The translations under genes and the position numbers were made by a program. From a virus, in the IMG/VR virus record IMGVR_UViG_3300037467_001050, positions 58,895-122,894 of that record: a DNA stretch of 64,000 nt; one strand, written 5' to 3'. The notes under the pieces are model-generated. The model was not told the origin of the DNA. It made no database searches and worked only from the letters and a program-made list of their open reading frames with translations. The first letter of the stretch is position 1, and the number at the start of each line of letters is the position of its first letter. Shown piece by piece: positions 1 through 8,266 of this stretch.

Positions 1-2
1 TG

Positions 3-530
3 GCGACGATCGCCAACCTGTTCTCAGCCACCTCGGCAACAGAGAACACGCTGGCCTTCGGGCAGACGGTCTTCGTGGTCGATGCCGGACAGCGCGAGAC
101 GTTCGCGCACCAGAACTACGTCTCGATCACCCCTGCCGACACCCGATCGGCAGGTCTGCTGGCTCCGGTCCTCTCCTACGACCGGACGACGGGCGCGCTG
201 GTGATCGACCCTGAGGTCGTCTGGGGTTCCGGCACCTACGCGAGCTGGCTGATCTCCGCATCGCAGCCCGCCGACGCGCACGTCCTGCGCAAGGACAACC
301 CGCACGAGACCACGGCCGCTCAGGTGGGTGCCTACACCCAGGCGCAGGTCGACAAGATCGTCTCCGATGCAGTCGCCGCTGCCGTCTTGAAGCTCATCGG
401 CAACGCCTCCGTCAACGGCGACACCCTCGGCGAACTCGAAGCGCTCATCGCCGGCCTATCCGCGACCGTCGCAGCCAACGCCGCCGCAGCAACAGAAGAA
501 GCCGTCGCCATGGCGATCGCGCTCGGATGA
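3..530 (+). CDS. Tail fibre/baseplate-associated protein, 3' part (starts before the window)
   Basis: The frame is open from position 3 to the TGA at 530; the C-terminus is Ala-rich and ends EEAVAMAIALG; it directly precedes the fibre genes. Confidence 0.6.
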   Translation, partial: ATIANLFSATSATENTLAFGQTVFVVDAGQRETFAHQNYVSITPADTRSAGLLAPVLSYDRTTGALVIDPEVVWGSGTYASWLISASQPADAHVLRKDNPHETTAAQVGAYTQAQVDKIVSDAVAAAVLKLIGNASVNGDTLGELEALIAGLSATVAANAAAATEEAVAMAIALG

Positions 531-539
531 GGTGACCTC

Positions 540-869
540 ATGGCAGTCGATTTTCCGAACTACAGCGACGCGGCGCTCCCCGCCGGTCGCACGAACCTCA
601 CCGGCTACGTCCCGGCGGGCCACAAGTGGGTGGTGACGGGCTTCGTCATCGCCAACGGCGATACCGCCCCACAGACCGTCGTGGTCGAGAAGTTCACCGG
701 CACGAAGTGGGTGAAGCTGCACCCCGGCCTGACGATCCTCGCCGGCCAGTCGTTCAACTTCCCTGGCGACGGCGCCAAGCTCAACCTGATGCCCGGTCAA
801 CTTCTCGCGCTGACGCCGAGCAAGGCCGGCGTCTTCGATTTCGACCTCTCGGTGATGGATAAGAGCTGA
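540..869 (+). CDS. Hypothetical virion/tail accessory protein (109 aa, beta-rich)
   Basis: GAGG RBS, ATG at 540, TGATG overlap with the next gene. Confidence 0.7.
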   Translation: MAVDFPNYSDAALPAGRTNLTGYVPAGHKWVVTGFVIANGDTAPQTVVVEKFTGTKWVKLHPGLTILAGQSFNFPGDGAKLNLMPGQLLALTPSKAGVFDFDLSVMDKS

Positions 870-1981
870 TGGGCGCGATCGGCTTTCTCCCGGCCACCGC
901 GCCGCTCTCGGCCGAGCAGCTCGCGGTCGGCGACAAGCGCTTCGATCGGCTCGACGGGGGCAATCGCAGCCTGCACGTCTTCCCAAACGCGCTCATCAAC
1001 TCGAGCTTCGACCATTGGCAGCGCGGCAACGGGCCGTTTGCTTTGACTGGCGGTGGCAGCATTTACGGACCGGACAGGTGGCGCCTGTTTAACGTCGGAC
1101 CGAACGGTTCCGTGACGATCACGCGCCAGCCGCTTTCATTCGGCGACTGGCCGTCTCAGAGCCGCCTATCCGTGATCTTCGGTGGCTCGGGGAACACGGC
1201 GACGGCTGATGGGATCGTATTTCAGCAACCGATCGAGGGCGTGGACACCTTCGCCGGCAAGCGCGTGGTTGTTCGCGGCGGGATCCGTTTAGTCTCCGGC
1301 GCGGCGGGAAGCAAAGTCTCTGTTGAACTGGTGCAGAATTTCGGCACCGGAGGCTCCGCTTCGGTGTATACCGACGCTGGTCGTGTCGCTCTTAGTGGCG
1401 TGTTAACGCCATTTGCTGCGATTGTTGATGTGCCGTCGATGGCCGGAAAGGTCATCGGCTCGGCCGGAGATTTCCTGGGCCTGCAATTCTGGTGTTCTTC
1501 CGGATCTGACTATGCTGCCCGCACCGGAAATCTCGGTTTTCAGGCAATCACCGTTCAGCTCGTCGACGTCGAGGTGAAGGAGGTCAAACCCGGCTACGGC
1601 GACCAGTATCCGGGGTTTGAGCGAGTTCCACGTGAGACGGACTACGATCGCTGCCTGAGGTTCTATGAGCAATCGTGGCTCACTGAAGTTGATATCGTGG
1701 GACTGAATACTGCGGTAGGATTTGGTACGGTTCACCCGACCGGAGCTTGTCGTATCGCGGTGCGATACAGGAAGCGCAAGCGCATCAACCCTGTACTCGC
1801 TATTGCCGACACTAATCTGATACGCGGAGCCGTCTCCATCTACTACACCAGCAGTAACAGTTGGGTCGGCGGCCAGGGATACTCCCTGCTGTCCGGTTCG
1901 GCGGAAGGCTTTTATTTTGGCCATAACAACCCCAGCTCGATCGAGACGCAGGGCCACTACATCGCAAGCGCGGATTACTAA
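869..1981 (+). CDS. Tail fibre/receptor-binding-like protein 1
   Basis: NALINSSFDHWQRG and DYDRCLRFYE motifs typical of phage tail-fibre/carbohydrate-binding-like modules. Confidence 0.7.
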   Translation: MGAIGFLPATAPLSAEQLAVGDKRFDRLDGGNRSLHVFPNALINSSFDHWQRGNGPFALTGGGSIYGPDRWRLFNVGPNGSVTITRQPLSFGDWPSQSRLSVIFGGSGNTATADGIVFQQPIEGVDTFAGKRVVVRGGIRLVSGAAGSKVSVELVQNFGTGGSASVYTDAGRVALSGVLTPFAAIVDVPSMAGKVIGSAGDFLGLQFWCSSGSDYAARTGNLGFQAITVQLVDVEVKEVKPGYGDQYPGFERVPRETDYDRCLRFYEQSWLTEVDIVGLNTAVGFGTVHPTGACRIAVRYRKRKRINPVLAIADTNLIRGAVSIYYTSSNSWVGGQGYSLLSGSAEGFYFGHNNPSSIETQGHYIASADY

Positions 1982-2126
1982 TCATTGGCATCCAGGGCGG
2001 TAATGCCGGGCTGATTGAGCCTGCGCCCTGGCACTCCGCCGCCTGGCTGACCGCCAACCGCAATCCCGCGCCCGCCGGCTTCGCCGCGCGGCTCGATCCC
2101 GCGCGCCACCTTCGGAGCAATCACCT

Positions 2127-3464
2127 ATGGGTTACATCGGACAGGCTCCCGGCCTCGGCCAGGAGCTTGCGTTCCGCTTTGTCGGCGTGGCCGGTCAAGG
2201 CGTGATCGCCGGCCGCGACATGCGCGGCTTACCCCTCGTCTTCGTCCCCCGCTACGTCGAACTCTACCGCAACGGTCACCGCCTCACAGAGGGCGACGAC
2301 TACACGACCGACGACGGCTCGCAGATCTTCCCGCAGGGCTGGAGCATTCAGGCCGACGACGAGCTCATCGTCGTCGCGAAGGCGCCCTTCAGCCCGGCCG
2401 ACACCTACTCGCGGGCCGAGGCGGATGCGAGCTTCAACCGGCGGCGCAACCGCAGCCTCGATCCGGGGTGCCGCGTCGCGCAGCAATTTGGCACCACCTC
2501 GATCCCGCTCACAACCTCGTCGGGCATCTACTATGTCTCGGACGGCATGGTTGTGCAGCGCGGCGGTACGGTCGGCATGGCGTCGGCGCAGCGTATCGCG
2601 TCGCCAACACCGGGCGGGTCCGGTTTCCGCAACCGGATCACCGTCACGACCGCGAACCCGACCCCCGGCGCGCAAGACATCCTGCGTGTCGCGTTTCCCG
2701 TCGAGGGCAATGAGATCGCGGACCTCAAGTGGGGCACGGCTGCGGCTCGGCCATTGCTGAAGCGGTTCGGGTTCAAGTCACCTATCGCCGGCACATTCCC
2801 GGTGTCGGTGGTGAATGCCTCGGGAACGCAGTCTTATGTTGCTGCTACGGTCACGGTGCAGCCCGGCGAGGTCAATTCAGATCTGGTACGCTGGATCGTC
2901 ATCCCTGGTCCGACTACTGGATTGTGGCCGAGCGACAATGGGCTGTCTTTCACGATCAGCATCGCTCTTCTAGCTGGGCCTAGCTACCAAGGCGTAGCTG
3001 GCTGGCAAAACGGCGTGTTCTACGGCCTCTCGACCGGCATCAATGGCATGCAGACTGCCGGACTGAGCTTCGACGTCTTTGACTTTGGGATGTACGACGT
3101 TTCGGACATCACGAACCCCGCTCCGTTCCGGTTTGAACTGGCGCCGCAACGGGACGATGAGTTCGCTTGTTTTCGGTACTACTGGCAGGCTGATAGCGCC
3201 AATAACGCAATGTATACCGTTTCTACCGGCGGTCGAATGATGAACCAGGGGTCAATAACGCAGTCGTGCTATGCAGCCATCAAGCATGCGCGAAAGATGC
3301 GGATCGCCCCCAACACCACCATAACTTACGATATCAGCGACGGGGGTGAGCAAACCGCGTCAGGACAGCAAAGTTCGACGGACTTGACGATTTGGGGTGT
3401 AACCGTGCCGCCGCAAAACTTCCTCGATATCCATAATTTCACCGCCAGCGCGAGGATGATCTGA
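2127..3464 (+). CDS. Tail fibre/receptor-binding-like protein 2
   Basis: MGYIGQAP N-terminus, RNRSLDPGCRVAQ, FPVEG, CFRYYW motifs; paralogous to its neighbours. Confidence 0.7.
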   Translation: MGYIGQAPGLGQELAFRFVGVAGQGVIAGRDMRGLPLVFVPRYVELYRNGHRLTEGDDYTTDDGSQIFPQGWSIQADDELIVVAKAPFSPADTYSRAEADASFNRRRNRSLDPGCRVAQQFGTTSIPLTTSSGIYYVSDGMVVQRGGTVGMASAQRIASPTPGGSGFRNRITVTTANPTPGAQDILRVAFPVEGNEIADLKWGTAAARPLLKRFGFKSPIAGTFPVSVVNASGTQSYVAATVTVQPGEVNSDLVRWIVIPGPTTGLWPSDNGLSFTISIALLAGPSYQGVAGWQNGVFYGLSTGINGMQTAGLSFDVFDFGMYDVSDITNPAPFRFELAPQRDDEFACFRYYWQADSANNAMYTVSTGGRMMNQGSITQSCYAAIKHARKMRIAPNTTITYDISDGGEQTASGQQSSTDLTIWGVTVPPQNFLDIHNFTASARMI

Positions 3465-4531
3465 TGACCCGGTCCGCAGAACAGGCCGGCATTCAGGCCG
3501 GCGACCTTCAGGGCATGGCCATGGCCAACATGGCCGTGAACTCATTCTGCGAGATCAGCCAGGAGAGGGGCAGCAGTGTTGTGTCGACCCCGAACGCCTC
3601 GGCGTATCCGGTCGACCAGAACTGTTTCACCTCCCTCGGGAGCATGGTCATCACGGCGCAGCAGGTCGCCAACCCGTTCCCAACGGTGCCGAACCTGCTC
3701 AACGCCGTGAAGCTGACCGTGACGACCGCGCAGGCGACGCTCGGCGCGAACGATCTCATTCAGTGGTATCAGCCGATCGAGGGTGTGCGCGTCAAGAAGC
3801 TCGGCTGGGGAAGCCCGCTGGCGCTACCGCTCACCAGCGCCCGCTTGTTCCGGGCCCTTCAGAACACGACGATTTACGTTTGCATTCAGGACAAAGACAG
3901 CACCCGCAGTCGGTTCAAGCGCGTGTTCCTGCCGGCCAATCAAGACGTGCTCGTGTCGAACGTCTTTCTGCCGGACACGGGCGGGACATATCCGAGAGAC
4001 AAAAACGCCAGTATCTTTGATCTCGTCATTCTGGGGGCGGGTTCGAACTACCAAGGGACGCCTGAGATCCTGAATACGTCGGGCAACAAGAAGTGCGGCG
4101 CGGATGTGGGCAACTTCGCGGCGACGGTCGGCAACACCCTCTACGTGTCCGGCCCGGTGATGTTCGCCGGTATCGTTCCGATCAGCAAGGAGACGTTCGC
4201 GCTCATCAATCGGCACGTCTCGGACGAGTACCGTCTGTGCAAGCGGTACTGGCGGCAGAACCCGGTAGGTTTTGGTCTGGGTGGGGGCACGACTTCGTGG
4301 CAGGGCTATGCCCGCTTGGAGGAGCCGATGCGCGACACACCTACCGCGTCGATCAATGGAAGCTCAAACCAGATCATATTCAACTGGATCCAGTTTGCTA
4401 CGCTTACCAGTATTACGGGCATCGCTATGAACGGTGACGACTTAAACTTTCAAGGCACCGGATCCGGCATGGTCGATAGAGTTATGGGAGCGCTTGTGCC
4501 GGGCGCTCTCAGTCTGAACGCGAGGTTCTAA
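3464..4531 (+). CDS. Tail fibre/receptor-binding-like protein 3
   Basis: QPIEG and EYRLCKRYW motifs shared with proteins 1 and 2; TGATG coupling. Confidence 0.7.
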   Translation: MTRSAEQAGIQAGDLQGMAMANMAVNSFCEISQERGSSVVSTPNASAYPVDQNCFTSLGSMVITAQQVANPFPTVPNLLNAVKLTVTTAQATLGANDLIQWYQPIEGVRVKKLGWGSPLALPLTSARLFRALQNTTIYVCIQDKDSTRSRFKRVFLPANQDVLVSNVFLPDTGGTYPRDKNASIFDLVILGAGSNYQGTPEILNTSGNKKCGADVGNFAATVGNTLYVSGPVMFAGIVPISKETFALINRHVSDEYRLCKRYWRQNPVGFGLGGGTTSWQGYARLEEPMRDTPTASINGSSNQIIFNWIQFATLTSITGIAMNGDDLNFQGTGSGMVDRVMGALVPGALSLNARF

Positions 4532-4533
4532 TC

Positions 4534-5166
4534 ATGGCGATCACCGCAAAGTACAGCAACGCCGGCAAGACCAACGTCAACGTGACCCTGGAGCCGGGCG
4601 ATCACCTCGCCTCGCTCAACGTCCAGGCCGAGCACACCATCCCCGGCTACACCATCCCGGCGCACACAGTGCCGTCCTTCGTGCTGGATGGGGTGACCTA
4701 TCCAGCGCGTGACGTGCCGGCCGAGGACGTGCCCGAGCAGCACATCCCGGCAGGGAAGACCACGACCTACAGCGTGCCGTGCGATGACGCGAACCCGGTG
4801 TGGGTCGCGCTGAAGGCGCTCGTCGACGCCGGAGAGGTGGTCATCGCCGACTTCGAGCCGCCGCCTCCGACGGTCGTGGAGGAGATCAGCGACCGGCAGT
4901 TCTTCCAGCAGCTGGCGATTGAGGGCGACATCACCGAAGATGAGGCGCTCGCGGCGGTCCAGACCGGCGCGATCCCCTCGGATCTTCAGGCGGTGATCGC
5001 CACGCTCCCGGCCGACCAGCAGTTCAACGCCAGGATGCTATTGGCCGGCGCGACCGTGTTCAAATTCTCCAACCCGCTCACCGCAGCCCTCGCAGCCGCG
5101 CTGACGCCGCCGCGCACGACCGAGCAGATGCAAGCGCTCTGGGCGTCGGCCGCAAAGCTCGTCTGA
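4534..5166 (+). CDS. Tail fibre assembly/chaperone-like protein
   Basis: Lies after the fibre genes; EEISDRQFFQQLA...F..SNPL motif resembles phage fibre-assembly proteins. Confidence 0.55.
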   Translation: MAITAKYSNAGKTNVNVTLEPGDHLASLNVQAEHTIPGYTIPAHTVPSFVLDGVTYPARDVPAEDVPEQHIPAGKTTTYSVPCDDANPVWVALKALVDAGEVVIADFEPPPPTVVEEISDRQFFQQLAIEGDITEDEALAAVQTGAIPSDLQAVIATLPADQQFNARMLLAGATVFKFSNPLTAALAAALTPPRTTEQMQALWASAAKLV

Positions 5167-5170
5167 TCAC

Positions 5171-5184
5171 TTGCAGGAATGCAA
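5171..5184 (+). promoter_or_regulatory. Repeated motif TTGCAGGAATGCAA (perfect copy)
   Basis: Exact match, 4 nt after a stop codon; second half-site GCAAA 19 nt later overlaps ATG 5201. Confidence 0.75.
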
Positions 5185-5200
5185 ACAAGCGGCATCTGAA

Positions 5201-5560
5201 ATGGCAAACCCCTTCACCACCGCGGCGGGGTGGCTCCTGGGCAATCCGCTCGTGAGCCACGCCGTCGTGGCCTCGGCTCTGACCGCGGCAGGGTCCGCGG
5301 CCGGGCACGTCGCCGGCATCGCCCATGCTCCGGTGATCGCGGCCGGCGTCATCTCTGCGGTCTACTACGGCCGCGAGGCCGGCCAGCTGGAGCATGACCT
5401 CAAGCATGGCACGACCTCCCACGGGGTCGTCTCTCCCTTCCTGGCGTTCGCGGGTGCCGAGTTCGGCTTCCTGTGGAGCCTCGACAACCTCCTGCAGTTT
5501 CTCGCTGCAGCTGGAGCCTCCGCAGGTGTTGCGGCGGCCTTGACCCTCACGGGCAACTAA
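5201..5560 (+). CDS. Hypothetical membrane protein (possible holin-like)
   Basis: Several hydrophobic Ala/Gly-rich segments. Confidence 0.6.
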   Translation: MANPFTTAAGWLLGNPLVSHAVVASALTAAGSAAGHVAGIAHAPVIAAGVISAVYYGREAGQLEHDLKHGTTSHGVVSPFLAFAGAEFGFLWSLDNLLQFLAAAGASAGVAAALTLTGN

Positions 5561-5604
5561 ACGGCTGCCGGATCACCGGCTCAGCCCAAGAAACGTCCCC
5601 TCCG

Positions 5605-5636
5605 AAAGCCGCCCAAACAGGGCGGCTTTTCTTTTT
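5605..5636 (+). terminator. Intrinsic terminator
   Basis: AAAGCCGCCC-AAACA-GGGCGGCTTT followed by TCTTTTT. Confidence 0.75.
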
Positions 5637-5651
5637 GGAGCAAAGAGAAAA

Positions 5652-7079
5652 GTGGCTGTTACATACCTGCACGGTGTCGAGACCATCGAGCTCGACGACG
5701 GCATCGTTCCCGTCCAGACCGTCAAGTCCTCGATCATCGGCGTGATCGGCACGGCGCCCGACGCTGATCCCGACCTGTTTCCCTTGAACACGCCGGTGGC
5801 GCTGTTCGCCAACCCGACCAAGGCGACCAAGCTCGGCAAGGCCGGCACGCTGCTCGACGCGGTCAACGCGATCTACTCGCAGGGCTCGGCCACCGTGGTC
5901 GTGATCCGCGTCGAAGGCGAGACCGGCCGCGAAGCGATGGCCAACGCCGTGGGCTCGCCGACCGCCAAGACGGGCGTGTGGGCCCTCCTGAAGTCGCGCC
6001 CGATCCTGAAGCTGATCCCGAAGATCCTGATCGCCCCGGGCCTCACCTCCGAGCGCCCGTCCGACGGTCTGGTCGACGCCACTGTCGGCGCCCCGGGTGA
6101 CGGCTACGTCCAGGCGACCACGAAGGTGGTCTTCGATCCCCCGGCCGCGGGTGGCCGGCAGGCGCAGGGCACCGTCCAGGTGGTGCTCGGTAAGGTGACC
6201 GGCGTCACCATCACTGACCCCGGCTACGGTTACGCGGCGGCCCCAGCGGCCACCGTGACCGGCGACGGCACCGGTGCCACCGTGACGACCTCGCTCGGCT
6301 TCGTCGCCAACCCCGTCGCGAAGGCCCTGGAAGCCGTGGCGCCGCGCCTGCGCGCGATCGCCCTCGTGGACGGACCCGGCACGTCCTACGAAGACGCGGT
6401 GAGCTACAGAAACGACTTCGGCTCGCAGCGCGTGATGGTGCTCGACCCCGGCGTCGTGGTCTACGACATCGAGACGGCGACCAACGTCACCAAGCCCGCC
6501 TCCGCCTACGCTGCCGGCATCCAGGCCCGCATCGACAAGGAGAATGGCTTCTGGTGGAGCTTCTCCAACAACGAGATCCAGAACATCCTCGGCCCGGCAC
6601 GCCCGGTCGACTTCATGTACGGGGATCCGGACGCGGAGGCGAACCAGCTCAACGGGCAGCAGATCACGACCATCATCCACGATGATGGTTTTAGGTTCTG
6701 GGGTCTGCGCGGCACGGGTCAGGATGCCCTCTGGGCCTTCCTGAGCGTCCGCCGCACCGCGGACATGATCTACGAGAGCCTCGAGGCGGCCCACCGGCCC
6801 TTCCTCGATCGGCCCTTCAACTACGCGCTGCTCGACGTCATCGAGAACTCGGTGAACGCCTACCTGCAGCAGCTGCGGGCCCGCGGCGCGCTGATCAACG
6901 GCACCTGCACGATCGACCCGAACGTCAACACGAAGGACACCTTCGTGAACGGCGAGCTGATCGTCGACTTCGACCTGGAGCCGCCCGCCCCGCTCGAGCA
7001 CCTGACGTTCCGCGCCCGGCGCAACCCGAACTACTACACGGACTTCATCGAGGAGTTCGTGGCGGCTACGCAGGGCTAA
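5652..7079 (+). CDS. Contractile tail sheath protein (P2 FI-like)
   Basis: YLHGVETIE, IIGVIGTAP, ILIAPG, GFWWSFSN, GFRFWG.R, PPAP.EH.TF motifs. Confidence 0.95.
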   Translation: MAVTYLHGVETIELDDGIVPVQTVKSSIIGVIGTAPDADPDLFPLNTPVALFANPTKATKLGKAGTLLDAVNAIYSQGSATVVVIRVEGETGREAMANAVGSPTAKTGVWALLKSRPILKLIPKILIAPGLTSERPSDGLVDATVGAPGDGYVQATTKVVFDPPAAGGRQAQGTVQVVLGKVTGVTITDPGYGYAAAPAATVTGDGTGATVTTSLGFVANPVAKALEAVAPRLRAIALVDGPGTSYEDAVSYRNDFGSQRVMVLDPGVVVYDIETATNVTKPASAYAAGIQARIDKENGFWWSFSNNEIQNILGPARPVDFMYGDPDAEANQLNGQQITTIIHDDGFRFWGLRGTGQDALWAFLSVRRTADMIYESLEAAHRPFLDRPFNYALLDVIENSVNAYLQQLRARGALINGTCTIDPNVNTKDTFVNGELIVDFDLEPPAPLEHLTFRARRNPNYYTDFIEEFVAATQG

Positions 7080-7083
7080 TCAC

Positions 7084-7097
7084 TTGCAGGAATGCAA
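7084..7097 (+). promoter_or_regulatory. Repeated motif TTGCAGGAATGCAA (perfect; extended palindrome CACTTGCA-GGAA-TGCAAGTG 7081-7100)
   Basis: Exact match immediately after the sheath stop codon. Confidence 0.75.
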
Positions 7098-7194
7098 GTG
7101 AACATCGTCTGACAAAGCAAACCGCTGATGGGCGGGCGCGGCCGAGTGGTCGCGCCCCGCTCGAGCGCGTCTTCGCAACAAAAAGAAGAAGAAA

Positions 7195-7725
7195 ATGGCG
7201 AACACCAACCTGCGCGACAGCGATATTCTGCGCGACTTCACCGTCTGGATCAAGGGCAACGGTAAGATGGGGACTTGCCCCAGCTTCCAGCTGCCGGAAA
7301 TCAAGATCCAGACTGAGGATTTCCGCGGCGGCGGCATGGATATGGCCGTCGAAATCCCGATGGGCGTGGAAAAAATCGAATTTGATTTTGACATGCATGT
7401 GTGGGATCCGGAGATCTTCCAGAACCTCGGCTACGATGTCGGGGCCATGGATGTGCCACTCATGTTCCGCGGCTACATGCTCTCGCCCAACGGCGCCCAG
7501 AAGAGCGTGATGATCGCGACCCAATCGCTGATCAAGGCGATCAAGCCGGGCAAGGTCGAGCCGGGCAAGAAGACCGAGATCTCGGTCTCCGTCTCCGCGA
7601 ACCGCTACGTCCACAAGATCGACACCAAGATCGTCAACTCGTTCGACGCCTTCAACAAGGTCATGATCATCAACGGTCAGGACAAGAGCTCTGAGGCGCG
7701 CCGGATCCTGGGCTTCGACTACTAA
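7195..7725 (+). CDS. Tail tube protein (P2 FII-like)
   Basis: LPEIKIQTEDFRGGGMD and ID..N....ING.D motifs. Confidence 0.93.
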   Translation: MANTNLRDSDILRDFTVWIKGNGKMGTCPSFQLPEIKIQTEDFRGGGMDMAVEIPMGVEKIEFDFDMHVWDPEIFQNLGYDVGAMDVPLMFRGYMLSPNGAQKSVMIATQSLIKAIKPGKVEPGKKTEISVSVSANRYVHKIDTKIVNSFDAFNKVMIINGQDKSSEARRILGFDY

Positions 7726-7757
7726 GATCCCCATATAATCCATCTGAAACCCAGCCG

Positions 7758-7779
7758 CCCCGCCGGTTCGCCGGCGGGG
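7758..7779 (+). terminator. GC-rich hairpin with UUCG tetraloop (pause, terminator or processing site)
   Basis: CCCCGCCGG-TTCG-CCGGCGGGG; weak U tract. Confidence 0.45.
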
Positions 7780-7814
7780 TTCGTGCTGCCAAGGTGTAAC
7801 AAGAAGAAAAGACA

Positions 7815-8087
7815 ATGTCGGGACTGACATACAAGCTGAAGTTTCCCTTCGAGCACGCCGGTGTGAACTACACCGAATTCTCGCTGCGCCGCCCCAAGGT
7901 GCGCGACTTCCGGAACTTCGCCAAGAACATCGAGCGGGATCCGATCACGGCCATGGAGGAGATCATCTCCGACCTGTGCGAAATCGACGGAAACGTCATC
8001 GCCGAGATCGACATCGAGGACTGGGGCCCGATGAAGGATTTCTTTGAGGGTTTTTTGGACAAGCTCTCGAAAAAGTCGGAGAAGTAA
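7815..8087 (+). CDS. Tail assembly chaperone (P2 gpE-like)
   Basis: LRRPKVRD, ID.ED motifs; lies between tube and tape measure genes. Confidence 0.85.
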   Translation: MSGLTYKLKFPFEHAGVNYTEFSLRRPKVRDFRNFAKNIERDPITAMEEIISDLCEIDGNVIAEIDIEDWGPMKDFFEGFLDKLSKKSEK

Positions 8088-8236
8088 TTCCGGCTGCGGT
8101 GCCAATGTTTGAACGTTGGCACTGGAATATGGAAAACATCGAGAACCTGGACTGGGAAGAGTTCTGGGCTCTCTCTGAGGGAGCGAAGCTCCTCTACAAG
8201 CGAGAAGCAGAAGCGAGAGCGCGCGGGGGTCGATGA
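7815..8236 (+). CDS. Tail assembly chaperone E+E' fusion made by a -1 programmed frameshift
   Basis: Slippery G GGT TTT TTG at 8048-8057; the -1 frame is open to TGA 8234-8236 and encodes gpE'-like FERWHWNMENIENLDWEEFW. Confidence 0.8.
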
Positions 8237-8266
8237 CCCTCGCGCCAAACTCGCCAGGGGAGCGCC

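Noticed and set aside
1982-2126. Structured intergenic RNA between fibre genes
   Set aside because: Short GC hairpins (CCAGGGCG...CGCCCTGG) are expected at this GC content; it matches no RNA family I recognise
869-4531. Diversity-generating retroelement or invertible tail-fibre switch
   Set aside because: No reverse transcriptase, template/variable repeat pair, invertase or inverted crossover sites were seen in the window
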